Positions 25,310 through 37,238 of a stretch of 64,000 bases of DNA are shown here, piece after piece. The notes under the pieces were generated by a model, which worked only from the letters and a program-made list of their open reading frames with translations, was not told where the DNA came from and made no database searches. Source of the DNA: Mustelus asterias (lineage: Eukaryota); contig NC_135815.1 of assembly GCF_964213995.1 (NCBI RefSeq), positions 33,046,001 through 33,110,000 on the forward strand, given 5' to 3'. How positions within the stretch are numbered: the first letter of the stretch is position 1; the number at the start of each line of letters is the position of its first letter. The position numbers and the translations under genes were made by a program.

Positions 25310-25444
25310 GGCTGAATTTTCCAGCCGTTCGTACTCCACCAATGCTGCCAGCGAGGATGGAGAATTTAGCGCTCAGCCAAATCTCCATTCACTGCAGCGG
25401 GACCAGAGAATCCCACTGGTGTGAATGGCTGGAAAATTCTGGCC
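25310..25444. mobile_element. 135-bp MITE with ~21-bp TIRs and probable 3-bp TSD (PIF/Harbinger-like)
   Basis: GGCTGAATTTTCCAGCCGTTC ... GAATGGCTGGAAAATTCTGGCC, flanked by ATA on both sides; internal ATGGAGAATTT/AAATCTCCAT hairpin. Confidence 0.75.
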
Positions 25445-25589
25445 ATAGCCTATGATCCTCCAACTAGTTATACTCTGTAAGAGGTGCTAGACCTGTTAAG
25501 TTGGAAGTATTTTATGAATTCTGGCAGGACCCCGCTGGCTTGCTGTGTCCCATTCTAGACACCATACCTCAGGAAGGCTGTCACGGTCT

Positions 25590-26092
25590 TAGAGACGGGA
25601 AGAGGAGATTTATTAAGATCACAAATAACAAGGATGAAAATTTTCAGTTATATAATATGAGTAGAAAGACTGGTGTTATCCTCCTTACAGCAGAGAAGCT
25701 GAAATAAAGGTTTGGTTGTGCTGTTCAAAACCATGAATGATTTTAAGATTAAATAGGAGAAACTGTTGGAAGTGACAGGAGGGTCAGTAACTAGAGAACA
25801 GTTAAATTGGCAAAGGAACCAATGGAGATATGAGAAAAACTTTTCTACAACAAATATTTATGATTTGGAATGCATTGTCTGAAGGATGATGCAAGCAGAT
25901 TCAATAATAACTTTCAAAAAGGGAAATAGATTGGCGGGAAAAATTGGAGTGCTATAGGGAAAGAGCAGTGATGGGGTTGGGGGAGGATGGGTGAGCAGAA
26001 GCAATACTAATTGGATCGCTCTGTCAAAGAGCTGATACAGCTGCAATGGGCCAAATGGTCTCCTTTTGTGCAATATCATTCTATGATTCTGT
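25590..26092 (+). mobile_element. Degraded CR1 3' fragment
   Basis: AGAGAAGCTGA..TGGAATGCATTGTCTGAA..ATGGGCCAAATGGTCTCCTTTTGTG..TTCTATGATTCT tail. Confidence 0.7.
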
Positions 26093-26744
26093 ATTAAAAT
26101 AATTGCTTTACTGTATTGTAAATAAAGCACTGAAATGAATACACCCATCACCTGTTATAAATGTGCTTGGTGCTATGACTGATGGGCACCACAGGGCAGG
26201 GAATGTATTTTGGACACTCATGATCTTATAATTTAATTTGTATTTGTTGCTCCAGTGGCCATGTCTATTATTTTTACATAGGATTGGAAACGTTACATGG
26301 CACAGAAACAGGCTACACTCGCTCCTCTTATCTTTTTCCATCGAAATCTACCATTGTAACCATCAATTCCCTACCCATCGCTGCTTGTCCAGTTTTCCCT
26401 TAAATGCAACTATGCTATTCACTTCAACCACTTCCTGTGATAGAAAGTTCCACATTCTTCTCTTTGGAATAAGAAGTTATTCTGAATTCCCTATCGCTAA
26501 TTGGTTATTGTACTAATGGTGCCCAAGAACACTTGTTACAATTATGTTCCCTTTTGGCACTGGGGCAACTTATCAATATCCCTACCGCTCAAATCAAGAG
26601 GTTTATAAAACAGTACTTTATTACAAATTCACTACCAACCCAGACTCCCACAGCAACATTAATTACACTTCATCACACTCCTCGAAGAACTCCATTCCAT
26701 TCTCCCAGTTTCTCTGTCATACCTGTTCAGATGATACAACCTTC

Positions 26745-28370
26745 CAAATTAGTACTTCCTATACATTTTCCTTTTTCCTCAACCATGGATCCCCTGCCAA
26801 AGTCATTGATAGGATCCTTCACCATGTCTAATCCATTTCATGCACTTCTGCTCTTATTGTCCTCTCCCAGAAACATGGTAGGGTTCTGATTGTTCTCTCC
26901 TTCCACCCCATCAAATTCTGTTGTCAAGGAATCATTGCCAACATTTCTACCACCCGCATTGCAAAGCCATCAGACACATCTTCCCCCCTCCCTTTTCAGC
27001 TTTCCAAAGGGACCATTTCCTCCACAACAATCTGGTTCACTCCTCAGTCACCCTCTCACTTTGCTACCTTTCCAGGCGATGCAACACCTGTCTTTTTGCC
27101 TCCCCCCTTCTCACCATCCACGGCCTCAAACACTCTGTCCAAATGAAACAGCAATTTACTTGTAGTACTTTCAATTTAGTACACTGTTTTGATTGTTCAT
27201 GTACATCGGGGAGACCAAATGCAGGCTGCATGACCGCTTTGCAGAATACCTCCGTTTAGTCTGCAAACATAACCCTGAGTTTCCCATCACTTGTCATTTC
27301 AATTTACCACCTTGCTTCTGATCTTCCTGTCCTTTCGTCTCATGCATCAACACAAGCTTGAGGAACAGCACCTCATCTTGTGACTCAGCACTCCACAGCC
27401 TTCTAGAGTTGTTAAGTTCAGCAATCTTAGATCATAACATCTGCCTCCATTTTGTTTCAAGTATTTTTTTCTCTTGTTTCCTACTTTATTCCTTCACTTT
27501 GCATTCAGACATCAGATTACGTAACCACTCACACCTCTTCTGGGTACACCTTTAATTATAGCTCTTGGGGCTGTAGGGATCAAGGGATGTGGGAGGAAGG
27601 AGGGGAAATCAGGATATTGAATTTGATGATCAGCCATGATCATAATGAATGGCAGAGCACGCTGGAAGGGCCGAATAGCCTACTCCTGCTTCTAGTTTCT
27701 AAGTTTCCCTTGGTGTTTTTCTTTACTTTCCCATTCCATTCCCTTTGGTACTATGACTTTTTAATCACTTGATCTCTCCTGTGACCCTATAACAGACCTT
27801 CCTATTGTTCTTCCTCAACCTTTTCACCAGCTTAACCCCTATCACATTTCTATTTGGGGCAAAACAGTGGTTAGCAGTGCTGTCTCACAGCGTCAGGGAC
27901 CCGGGTTCGATTCCCGGCTTGGGTCACTGTGTATGCAGAGTCTGCACGTTCTCCCCATATCTACATAGGTTCTCTCAGAGTGCTCTGGTTTCCTTCCACA
28001 GCCCGAAAGACGTGCTGGTTAGGTGCATTGGCTATGCTAAATTCTCCCAGTGTACCCGAACGGGCGCCGGAGTGTGGCAACCAGGGATTCGCACAGTAAC
28101 TTCACTGCAGTGTTAATGTAAGCCCTCTTGTGACACTAATAAATAAACCTTTCTTCCCTCAGTTCCGATGTCCTCAGTTCTCAACTCGTCATCCTGCAGC
28201 GTTGGCTCTATTCTCTCCCCACAGATGCTGTGAGACCTGCTGAGTTTTTCCAGCATTTTCTGTTTTGGTTACAGATTCCAGCATCCGCGGTATTTTGCCT
28301 TTAACCTAAAATATTGACTGTTTCTCTCTCTACAGACACAGCCTGCTGAGTGTTTCCACCATTTTCTATC
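26745..28370 (+). mobile_element. Second, older Neptune-type Penelope-like relic with tandem pseudo-LTR ends; interrupted by CR1 and SINE
   Basis: KHSVQMKQQFTCSTFNLVHC..TACATCGGGGAGACCAAATGCAGGCTG GIY-YIG remnant matching 11.6-11.8 kb; CAGATGCTGTGAGACCTGCTGAGTTTTTCCAGCATTTTC at ~28222, repeated at ~28330. Confidence 0.7.
27857..28149 (+). mobile_element. V-SINE variant with alternative tail
   Basis: HE1-like head and V-domain, but tail TGTACCCGAACGGGCGCCGGAGTGTGGC..CACAGTAACTTCACTGCAGTGTTAATGTAAGCC..TGTGACACTAATAAATAAAC. Confidence 0.85.
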
Positions 28371-28414
28371 TCCACCTCTCTCACACCCTTCATGGTTCCT
28401 CTGCAGTATACGAT

Positions 28415-28584
28415 GTCCCTATTGGTCAGATTCCAGCCTATCATCTGCAGAGCCACACCCCCTCGCCCTCTGAACCAAGATATCGCCCAATCAGGATGCA
28501 CGATATAAGGGGGCACCTACTCGAGCCCGGACCAATAGAGTGGCCGCTTGTTGAGTGTTCCGTTGGAAACGGTTCAAGATGGCG
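28415..28584 (+). promoter_or_regulatory. TBCC promoter: three CCAAT boxes and a YY1 motif over the start codon
   Basis: ATTGG at 28421, CCAAT at ~28487 and ~28532, CAAGATGGCG at 28575-28584. Confidence 0.65.
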
Positions 28585-29625
28585 CTGGTTGGGGAGAGCG
28601 AGAAGAGGGAGAATCTAACGGAAGAAATCCCCGAATATGACCGGCGGAAAGAGAAGATGGTGGAGATCCTGCAGCGCCGGGACCTGGAGAGGCAGCAGGG
28701 GGTGGAGAGGAGGAAAATGGCCAAAGATGTGACCAGCGTAAAGGAGGAAAAGGCCAACTTCTTCACCGCCGCCTTTTCCGAGGAGAAGGCGGAGATCGAG
28801 GCGCTGCTGGAGAGCTGCGGTGGCAGCGACAGGACCGCGGTGAACGCCCGCTTCGAGGAGATCTCGCTGAAGATGCAGCAGCTGCAGAAGTTCGTGAACG
28901 ACAGCATGATGTTCCTGTCGGCCTACGAGCTGCGCCAGGCCCAGGACGCCGTGCAGAGGCTGCAGGGGGCGGTGGTGGAGAAGAGGGAGGAGTGTCTGCC
29001 CAAGAAGAAATTCGCTTTCAAATCCCGCAAAAAGGAAGGCGCCGGCCCGAAAGAAGCCAAACCCGCCGATTCACCGTCGGACAAGACATCCAGCGATCCT
29101 ATCGTAATCGAGGAAAACCTCTGCGGCTTTTCGGACGTTGACTCTCAGGTGTTGGTCCGGCGGGCGGACGAGATCACCGGGAAAGACGTGCTGTTGACCA
29201 GGTTGTCCAACTGTGTGGTGAAGCTGCTGGGTTCACCCAACACACTCCATGTCAAGGATGTCACCAACTCCAAGGTGTTGTGCGGACCTGTCTCTACCTC
29301 CGTGTTCATCGATCAGTCCATCGGCTGTACTTTTGCCTTCGCTTGTCAGCAACTGCGAACTCATAATACTAAGGATGCAAATGTGTATTTGCATGTGACC
29401 AGCAGAGCCATCGTCGAAGATTGTACTGGAGTTTCCTTTGCTCCGTTTAACTGGAAGTACGAAGGCATTGAGAAGGATTTTGAGCTAGCAGGTTTAGACA
29501 AAACGAAAAACAATTGGAACATTATTGACGATTTCAATTGGCTCGCGTCTGATCATTCCCCTAACTGGAGTATTTTGGCTGAAGAATCTCGAATAACTGA
29601 CTGGGACGAAATCTTAGCGCCATAA
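28579..29625 (+). CDS. TBCC: Tubulin-specific chaperone C (tubulin folding cofactor C), intronless, 348 aa
   Basis: N-terminal helical domain (LQKFVNDSMMFLSAYELRQAQ, LPKKKFAFKSR) and C-CAP/cofactor C domain (CGPVSTSVFID, ACQQLRTH, LHVTSRAIVEDC, FAPFNW, DDFNWLA..SPNW); first ATG in AAGATGG context; AATAAA at 29701. Confidence 0.97.
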   Translation: MALVGESEKRENLTEEIPEYDRRKEKMVEILQRRDLERQQGVERRKMAKDVTSVKEEKANFFTAAFSEEKAEIEALLESCGGSDRTAVNARFEEISLKMQQLQKFVNDSMMFLSAYELRQAQDAVQRLQGAVVEKREECLPKKKFAFKSRKKEGAGPKEAKPADSPSDKTSSDPIVIEENLCGFSDVDSQVLVRRADEITGKDVLLTRLSNCVVKLLGSPNTLHVKDVTNSKVLCGPVSTSVFIDQSIGCTFAFACQQLRTHNTKDANVYLHVTSRAIVEDCTGVSFAPFNWKYEGIEKDFELAGLDKTKNNWNIIDDFNWLASDHSPNWSILAEESRITDWDEILAP

Positions 29626-30849
29626 ATGTATCACATATGCAATCGCAAGATGTCGTGACTTAATTGCAGCTGTTCCTATACTTGAATATGAGTAAAATAG
29701 AATAAACTTCATGGACTGAAAGAAAGTCAACTCATTTAATTTTTGGTTCTATTTATTTGTAGGACAATACTTGGAATGCGTTAAGATTCAATTGTACACG
29801 TTTGCATGTTCTATTGTGAAGTGTCTTGTATATGACAATTGTCAACATTTTCTTAAGTGTTTGAGTTTCTATTAACATGTTCTAATTGAAATTAAAGTCT
29901 TCTGTCATTTTAACTAGCTCGTTTTGATTTTACTATTGGGTCCATATTTACTTAAATCCCTTGCTGACTCAAATTTATAAGGGTTGAAATTTGTGCTTAT
30001 TTCCCATCTGCAAGACAAGTACAGAGGTCCAGTTGTAGGAAGCCAATCTGAATAACAGTGAAATTGGTCCAACACCGTGTTGATGTTCTATAGGTGTTTC
30101 TGCCAATATCCTAATAAGAGGCCAAAGATTGGCAGACTTGTGCCATGCAAGCTCTGACTGGTTTTGTATTTCCAGTTCTACAACAGTCTAACACATTGTA
30201 CTTGAAATGACCTCCACCAGTTCCTTTAAACAGTAAAATTGTTTTCATGTTGAACTGAGAGTAGGAGCATTGGTTGGGCCACTAGCAGCATTGCTCTGCT
30301 TTCTCCAGGCCCCACTTGAGAGCTTTGGTGGCATCACAGTGGCCTGAAATTGATCTCTTGTCAGACTTAATAAAATAAGGCTCAATATCACGCACTGAAG
30401 GTGACCAGTTCAGGTATGTGGCCCTGTGTTCACCGTGTCTGGTTCACTTTGTCTTACTAGTGTGAATGAATTTCTACTGCATTCTAGCTCCTACTTGACA
30501 GAAGCTCTCTAGCTACTTCAGTTTTGAGAGTTTTCACCTACTGCAGCAAAATTGTGATGGGGTAAGGTGACGAGGAAGGAGGGAAATATTAATTTCATCC
30601 CATGAGGCTCCTTTGCATTTGGTATTGTAAATACAATCATTCTAAACTATGAAAGCTAAATAGCTAACAGTTTTACATCAAATATAGTTTAAGCACCTTT
30701 GCCTTAATTATCTTCTTTTGAACCTATCTAAATTTCATCATTTTATTTCTGCTTTACTGACCTCTTCCATTTTGGAATACCTACCTGATTTAAGTCAGCT
30801 CTGCAATTTCTTTTAATCAGTCAAATGGTAAACAACTGCCTGACATCCT

Positions 30850-31688
30850 TTGACAGATGCACCATGGAAAGCATTCTTTCTGGTTGTATCACCGCTTGGT
30901 ATGGCTCCTGCTCTGCCCAACACTGCAAGAAACTACAAACGGTTGAGAATGAAGCCCAGTCCATCACGCAAACCAGCCTCCCATCCATTGACATTGACTA
31001 CACTGCTCTGGAAAAGCAGCCTTATATCAGACCCAGAGGGGATGTGGATGCCGTGTGGCCCATAACCAAAAGAAGAGTAAATTTATATCAAGGGCAAGGT
31101 TAAAATAGCACTGTTTTATGTTCAAGCAATTTACATATTAATATTAAGTATAGTTAAGAAAGCCCACCAATGTCTCTACTTTTTCAGAAGACAAAGGAAA
31201 TTTGGCATGTCCACTATGACTCTCACCAACTTTTACAGGTGCACCATAGAAAGCATTCTTTCTGGTTGTATCACAGCTTGGTATGGCTCCTCCTCTGCCC
31301 AACACCGCAAGATACTATAAACGGTTGAGAATGAAGCCCAGTCCATCGCATAAACCAGCCTCCCATCCATTGACATTGACTACACTGCTCCGGAAAAGCA
31401 GCCAGCATAATCAAGGACCCCACACACTTTCCACCTTCTTCCATCGGGAAAAAGATACAAAAGTCTGTGGTCGCGTACCAACCAATTCAAGGACGACATC
31501 TTCCCTGCTACCATCAGACTTTTGAATGGACCTACCTTGCACTAAATTGATCTTTCTCTGCACCTTAGCTATGACTGTAACACTAGATTCTGCACTCTCT
31601 CCTCTATGAATGGTATGCCTTGTTTGTATAGCATGCAAGAAACAATACTTCTCCCTGTATACTAATACATGTGACAATAATAAATCAA
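30850..31688 (+). mobile_element. Rex1/Babar-like LINE 3' end with a local duplication (30850-31021 vs ~31233-31403)
   Basis: RCTMESILSGCITAWYGSCSAQHCKKLQ; tail ATACATGTGACAATAATAAATCAA. Confidence 0.7.
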
Positions 31689-31949
31689 CTGACATATCGG
31701 AAAGTTTAAAATCTCTTAAAGCAGAAACTGTTTACCTTTACTGTCTCTCAAACTCATTCTACTTTGTTGTCTTGGTTTGGATCTGTTCTGAACTTATACA
31801 GTCTGCAATAGTGCAATGCTCAGATGATGTGGAATAGTCAATATGAATAAAAATGCTTCATACTTGATTTTCACACTTGCCTTTACTGGGTGCTATTTGC
31901 TGGATTGTTTAGACATCCTGAAAGGTGGGGCAAGGGGGTGAAGAAGAGT

Positions 31950-32673
31950 CAAAGAACAAACAGGCCCTTCGGCCCTCCAAGCCTGCACCGACCATGCTGC
32001 CCGACTTAACTAAAACCCCCTACTCTTCCAGGGACTGTATCCCTCTATTCCCATCCTATTCATGTATTTGTCAAGATGCTCCTTCAAAGTCACTATCGTA
32101 TCTGCTTCCATTATCTCCCTTGGCAGCAAGTTCCAGACACCCACCACCTTCTGTGTAAAAAACATGCCTCGTACATCTCCTTTAAACCTTGCCCCTCGCA
32201 CCTTAAATCTATGCCCCCTAGTAATTGACTCTTCCACCCTGGGAAAAAGCTGCTGACTATCCACTCTGTCCATGCCCCTCATAATCTTGTAGACTTCTAT
32301 CAGGTCACCCCTCAACCTCCATCGTTCTAGTGATAACCAAGTTTCTCCAACCTCTCCTCATAGCTAATGCCCTCCATACCAGGCAACATCCTGGTAAATC
32401 TTTTCTGTACCCTCTCCTAAGCCTTCACATCCTTCTGGTAGTGTGGTGACCAGAATTGAATACTATGTTCCAAGTGCGGCCTAACTAAGGTTCTATAAAG
32501 CTGCAACATGACTTGCCAATTTTTAAACTCAATGCCCCAGCCAATGAAGGCAAGCATGCCGTATGCCTTCTTGACTACCTTCTCCACCTGCATTGCCACT
32601 TAGTGATCTGTGTACCTGTACACCCAGATCCCTCTGCCTATCAATACTCTTAAGGGTTCTTCCATTTACTGTA
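31950..32673 (-). mobile_element. CR1 3' fragment
   Basis: QVEKVVKKAYGMLAFI..LYRTLVRPHLE and RGDLIEVYKIMRGMDRVD..GHRFKVRG. Confidence 0.9.
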
Positions 32674-32809
32674 TGGAAAGAGTTTCCCATTTGAACTTAA
32701 CACAAGTGAGGTCTGTCTGCAAAGATGTTGTGGGATGACTGAATTGAATCTTATTTGGGAAGAATAAAAACAAAAATGTGAAATCTATATGTGCAGGGTG
32801 AAACCAGTC

Positions 32810-33285
32810 ATAGAATTGTGTCTAAAGTTTTGGTCTGCTTATTTAAGGAGAGATGTACTTACGTTGGAGACAATTTGAAAGGAAGTTTTCTTGGCTGATT
32901 CCTGGGACGAGGGGCTTATACTCATTGAAGTTTAGAAGAATGAGAGATGATTTTGAAACATAAGATTTTGAGAGGGCCTGGAAGGGAGATGTTGAGAGGA
33001 TGTTTCACCTTATGGGGGAACCTACAACTAGGGCCACAATTTCAAAATAAGGGATCTCGCATTTAAAATGGAGATGAGGTACTCATTCCTTCAGGGGTTA
33101 CTAATCTTTGGAATTCTCTATCCCAGGACAGCGACAACTGGTTCATTGAATATATTCCAGGCTGAGTTGGATTTTAAAAGAGTTATGGAGGACAGACAGG
33201 AAAGAGTTACGGTCATGTTCAGATCAGCCATGGTCTTAATGGAGGAACAGGCTCTGTGAGCTGAATGGTTTACTTCTGTTCTTGT
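32810..33285 (+). mobile_element. Degraded CR1 3' fragment
   Basis: GTTTTGGTCTGCTTATTTAAGGA..TTTAGAAGAATGAGAGATGA..TGGAATTCTCTA. Confidence 0.7.
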
Positions 33286-34489
33286 GCATTGTTTGTGTTT
33301 AGAAATAACCAGTCATCATGACGGTCAAAATAAAATCTATTTTCATTAATTTACTTCATTTGACTTAAATTTGAGGGCACACACATTTATTTCCCATTCT
33401 GATTGCTTTTTAATAATTAATGAAGTAAAAAGTTGTGTATAAATCCACATAGCATCTTCACCAGATAACATTCAACAAGTTAATTTTACTAAAGGACAAT
33501 GGGAAATTTAGATTTATGAAATGTGACTTAATTTTCAGTCAGCTTTTGTAACATGGAGTTGGATTTTCCCGACCCTTTGGAGATGGGATTTTGAGGCAGG
33601 GAACTGGAAAAATAGTGGGGAGTTATGTCGGGCAGGTTCCCCAACGTGTTCTCACCTTCAGGGAAAATTCCTAGACACAGACCAGAAAAGAAATTGGCTC
33701 TCCACCCCACAGAGGCAGACAACAGATCAGAGTAATTAGGGCCTAATTAGGGGCATCGCCAGGTCTGGCCCACCAGTAAAGCAGTCCTCTGCCAAGTGTG
33801 AAGGCCACCAGCTCACTGGGGGCTGCAGGCGAGGCCGGGCCAGCAAAACCATGCTGAGGCTCCTTCGTGGAACCCTGTGGGCCTTCAGACTTGGGCACTT
33901 GCCACCGTCTTTTATAAGTATTTTACCCATCTTGTTCAGTACAAATTTTGTACAAATATGTGTGGGTTTTCAAAATATCTTAGTTACGTAGCTATCTGAC
34001 TTTTTAAAAAAATCAAAGTTCTGCAGATCTAGTTAAAACACTCAGTAGGGTAGGGAGCATCTGTGGAGAAAGAAGGCCGAGTTGACTTTTCTGTATCATA
34101 CTCTTTTGTCAGAATCATAACCCACTTAACCTTGCTCTTTCATGAGAGGAAACCAAAGAGAGACTGGACCATAAAAAGAAATTTGCAAATGTCAAAGAAT
34201 CCTATAACACATTGGTTGTTTACTGGTAGTGTAAAGAAACTACTGATACCTCACTAAAGTGAAGTAATAAAAATAGGATATTGAAGATGACAGCCAATCA
34301 ACAAGTGCTATTTTCAAGATTGTTCAGTACGTGTTGTCATAGAACAATGTTTGCATTTGCTCATTTTTCAGTCTAATCTCAAATATAAGCTTGTGGAGAT
34401 GTAATAAACATTCTACAATGGTCCCATATCAAGAGGGAATTTCAGAGAAAAGTCATCCCCAGTATATTTTTGCAAAGCAACTGGTTCAA

Positions 34490-34838
34490 GGCGGAACGGT
34501 GGCACAGTGGTTATTACTGCCACCTTACCACCAATGACCTGAGTCAATTCCAGCCTTGGGTGACCGCCTGTGTGGAGTTTGCATGTTCTCCCCATTTCTG
34601 CATGGGTTTCCTCTAGGTGCTCTGGTTTCCTCCCACAGTCCAAAGATCTGCAGGTTAGGTGGATTGGCCATGTTAACTTGTCCCTTTGTGTCCCAAGATG
34701 TGTAGGTTAGGAGGATTAGCGGGGTAAATACATGGGGTTATGAGGATAGGGCCTGGGTGGGATGATGTGGTGGAGAATTGGTGCAGACCCAATGGACTGA
34801 ATGGTCTCCTTCTGCACTGTAGGGATTCTATGATTCTA
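34490..34838 (+). mobile_element. HE1-type V-SINE
   Basis: Head, V-domain and TTCTATGATTCTA tail. Confidence 0.9.
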
Positions 34839-35384
34839 AGGTAGCTTTAGCGGGGGGTCTCTCTGCTACATTAATATCATTAGCAAGTGTGGGCAGCTTC
34901 ACTAAAGCAGATATTCTGTCCTGCAATTTTCTGCTTTAGTGCAGTGGTCCCTGAACAAATTGACAATACTGCATTCCCCTACTCACTGAAGCCTAATTAC
35001 TAATTGAAGGGTTCAAATTTCTAGGCATTCAGGCCAGGATGGATAAACTTGCTCTAGAGGGAGTACAACAAAATATTAATTAGATTAGTTCCTGGGTAGG
35101 GGGAATTGTCCGATGAGGAGAGATCTTGTAGACCAGGTCTATATCTCCTGGAGCTTGGAAGAGAGGGTATCTAACTGAAACAGAAAATTCTTAAGCAGTT
35201 TGTCAGAGTAGTTGCTGAGAAAATATTTCCCCTAGGTGGGCCAGATAGAGAACAGATTCACTGAATCAGAATAAGGAGTCAGCCAATTAAGCCTGAGATG
35301 AAAAGAAACTTCTTTACTTAAAGAATTATAAATCTTTAGAAATCACTATCTCCAATGAGTGTGATGCTTAATCATTGAGTATCA

Positions 35385-36130
35385 GTATCTGGCATTTTTG
35401 GGCATGATGTTACTTGCCACTTACCAGCCAAAGCCTAAATGTTGTCCAGCCTTTGCTTCTTGTGGGTACAAACTGCTTAAATATCCGAGGAGTCACAATT
35501 GTATTAAACATCATGCAATTATCAATGAACATCCCCAGCTCTGACCTTGCAATGGAGCCAAGGTCATTGATGAAGCAGCTGAAGATGATTGAGCCTAGGA
35601 TGCTACCTTGAGGAACTCCTCCAGCAATGTCTCAAGACTGAGAAGATTGGCCTTCAATAATCATAACCATCTTCCTTTGAGCTAGGTATGAATCCAACCA
35701 GTGGAGAGGTTTCCCCCTGAATCCCATTCACTTCAAATTTTCTAAGGCTCATTTAATACCGCACTTGGTCAAATTCTAACTTGATGTCAAGCACAGTCAC
35801 TCTCACTTCACAACTGGAATTCAGCTCATTTGTCCATCATTGAACCAGTTTTGTAATGAGATCTGGAGCTGAGTGGTCCTGGCAGATCCCAAATTGAACA
35901 TATGTGAACTGGCTATTGTTGTTTAAGTGCCACTTGATAGCAATGTCAATGACAACCAGTTTGATGATAGATGAGAGTAGACTGATGGGGCAGTAATAGG
36001 CAGTAAATGATTTGTCCATTCTTTTGTGGACAGGACATACCTGGGCAATTTTCCACATTGTCAGGTAGATGCCAATGTTATAGCACTACTGGGACAAATT
36101 GTTTGGGGACATGGCTATTTCTGGAGTACA
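35385..36130 (-). mobile_element. Degenerate LINE RT fragment of the same family as 5066-6135
   Basis: WKIAQVCPVHK..YCPISLLSSII..QFGICQDHSAPDLITKLVQ. Confidence 0.75.
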
Positions 36131-36304
36131 AGACTGGCCCGTAGACCTAGAAATTTGAACCCTCCAAGCCTACAGCAAATATGTGGCCATGCATCTAGCT
36201 TCCCTAATCTGATCATTTGGTTAAATCTAGTATATGGTACCCAGTAGGGTTCGAACTCTCGCTCTTGTTACAGCATCAGCTCTGGAGTTCAAGGCTGTGT
36301 TAGC

Positions 36305-36617
36305 TTAACACAGTGGTTAGCTTTGTTGCCTCACAGCACCAGGGACACAGGTTCAATTCCACCCTTGGGTAACTGTCTGTGTGGAGTTTGCAAGTTGTCT
36401 GTTTCCTCCCACAGTCCAAAGATGTGCAGGTTAGGTGCATTGGCCATGTTAAATTGCCCCTTAGCATCCATTTAGGTGGATTAACCATGGTAATTGTGCG
36501 GGGTTTACGGGGATAGGGAGGAGAGGGGGGCCTGAGTGGAATTCTCTTTCAGAGAGTTGGTGCAAACTTGATGGGCCGAATGGTCTTTTTCTGCACTTTA
36601 GGGATTCTATGGTTCTG
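36305..36617 (+). mobile_element. HE1-type V-SINE, internally deleted
   Basis: CAGTGGTTAGC..GGTTCAATTCC head, partial V-domain, CR1-like tail. Confidence 0.85.
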
Positions 36618-36639
36618 TGGTAATATTCTATTTGACTCT

Positions 36640-36840
36640 TTTGAGGACTTTCTTCTTAATCTGCCTCCTTACTCATGGAACTTGTTTTGCAAGATCTGAA
36701 TCTTACTTATTTTAAAATCATTGGCGCTGACATAAACTGCAACTTTTGCCAAATGTCTGTCTTTCTCCAAGAATTTCTGCACCAGTTCCATTGTGTTTCT
36801 TATGTTGGCACCAGGAAGACAACTCACCATTTGAGGTTCA
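36640..36840 (-). mobile_element. CR1 ORF1 (SGNH esterase-like) fragment
   Basis: MVSCLPGANIRNTMELVQKFL..VAVYVSANDF..ILQNKFHE resembles the CLPGA and VHVGTND motifs of CR1 ORF1. Confidence 0.6.
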
Positions 36841-37013
36841 CCAGCTTGGATATGATAGTAAAAGGCTGCCAGCTGAAATATGTGCATACCTTTGCTAGGT
36901 GAGGTAAAGTTATATCTGACCTTCACTTCCAGTGATATGGTTCGACAATGCACATATCACTGGAACTGGTGCAGAAATTTTTGGAGAAAGACAGACAATT
37001 GGCAAAAGTTGCA

Positions 37014-37227
37014 GTGATGGTGACAACTCATTCAAATGTCTGCTCCATTAACTTTCGATGGTACTATCTGTGCCTACCATGGTGGCCACAGGTAGCAGGG
37101 AATCAAGGTTCTATTTCAGAGAGGGAGTCTGAGAAACAGCTACCACATCCAAGGAAAGCAGCAGGTGCACAAATTACTGATTCGGGGAGATAATGATGTA
37201 AAATAACAATGCAGGACACTTTCGAGG
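37014..37227 (+). pseudogene. 18S rRNA pseudogene fragment (~210 nt from the 5' domain)
   Basis: AACTTTCGATGGTA..GTGCCTACCATGGTG..GGGAATCAAGGTTC..GAGAGGGAGTCTGAGAAACAGCTACCACATCCAAGGAAAGCAGCAGG..AAATTAC..AAATAACAAT..TTTCGAGG matches conserved eukaryotic SSU rRNA, with CpG decay. Confidence 0.92.
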
Positions 37228-37238
37228 AGAAAGAAAAT

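Noticed and set aside
28555-28578. GTG start for TBCC given by the ORF track
   Set aside because: Eukaryotic gene; the first ATG at 28579 has good Kozak context.
37014-37227. Functional rRNA gene
   Set aside because: Only ~210 nt, with CpG decay and indels, and no flanking rDNA.
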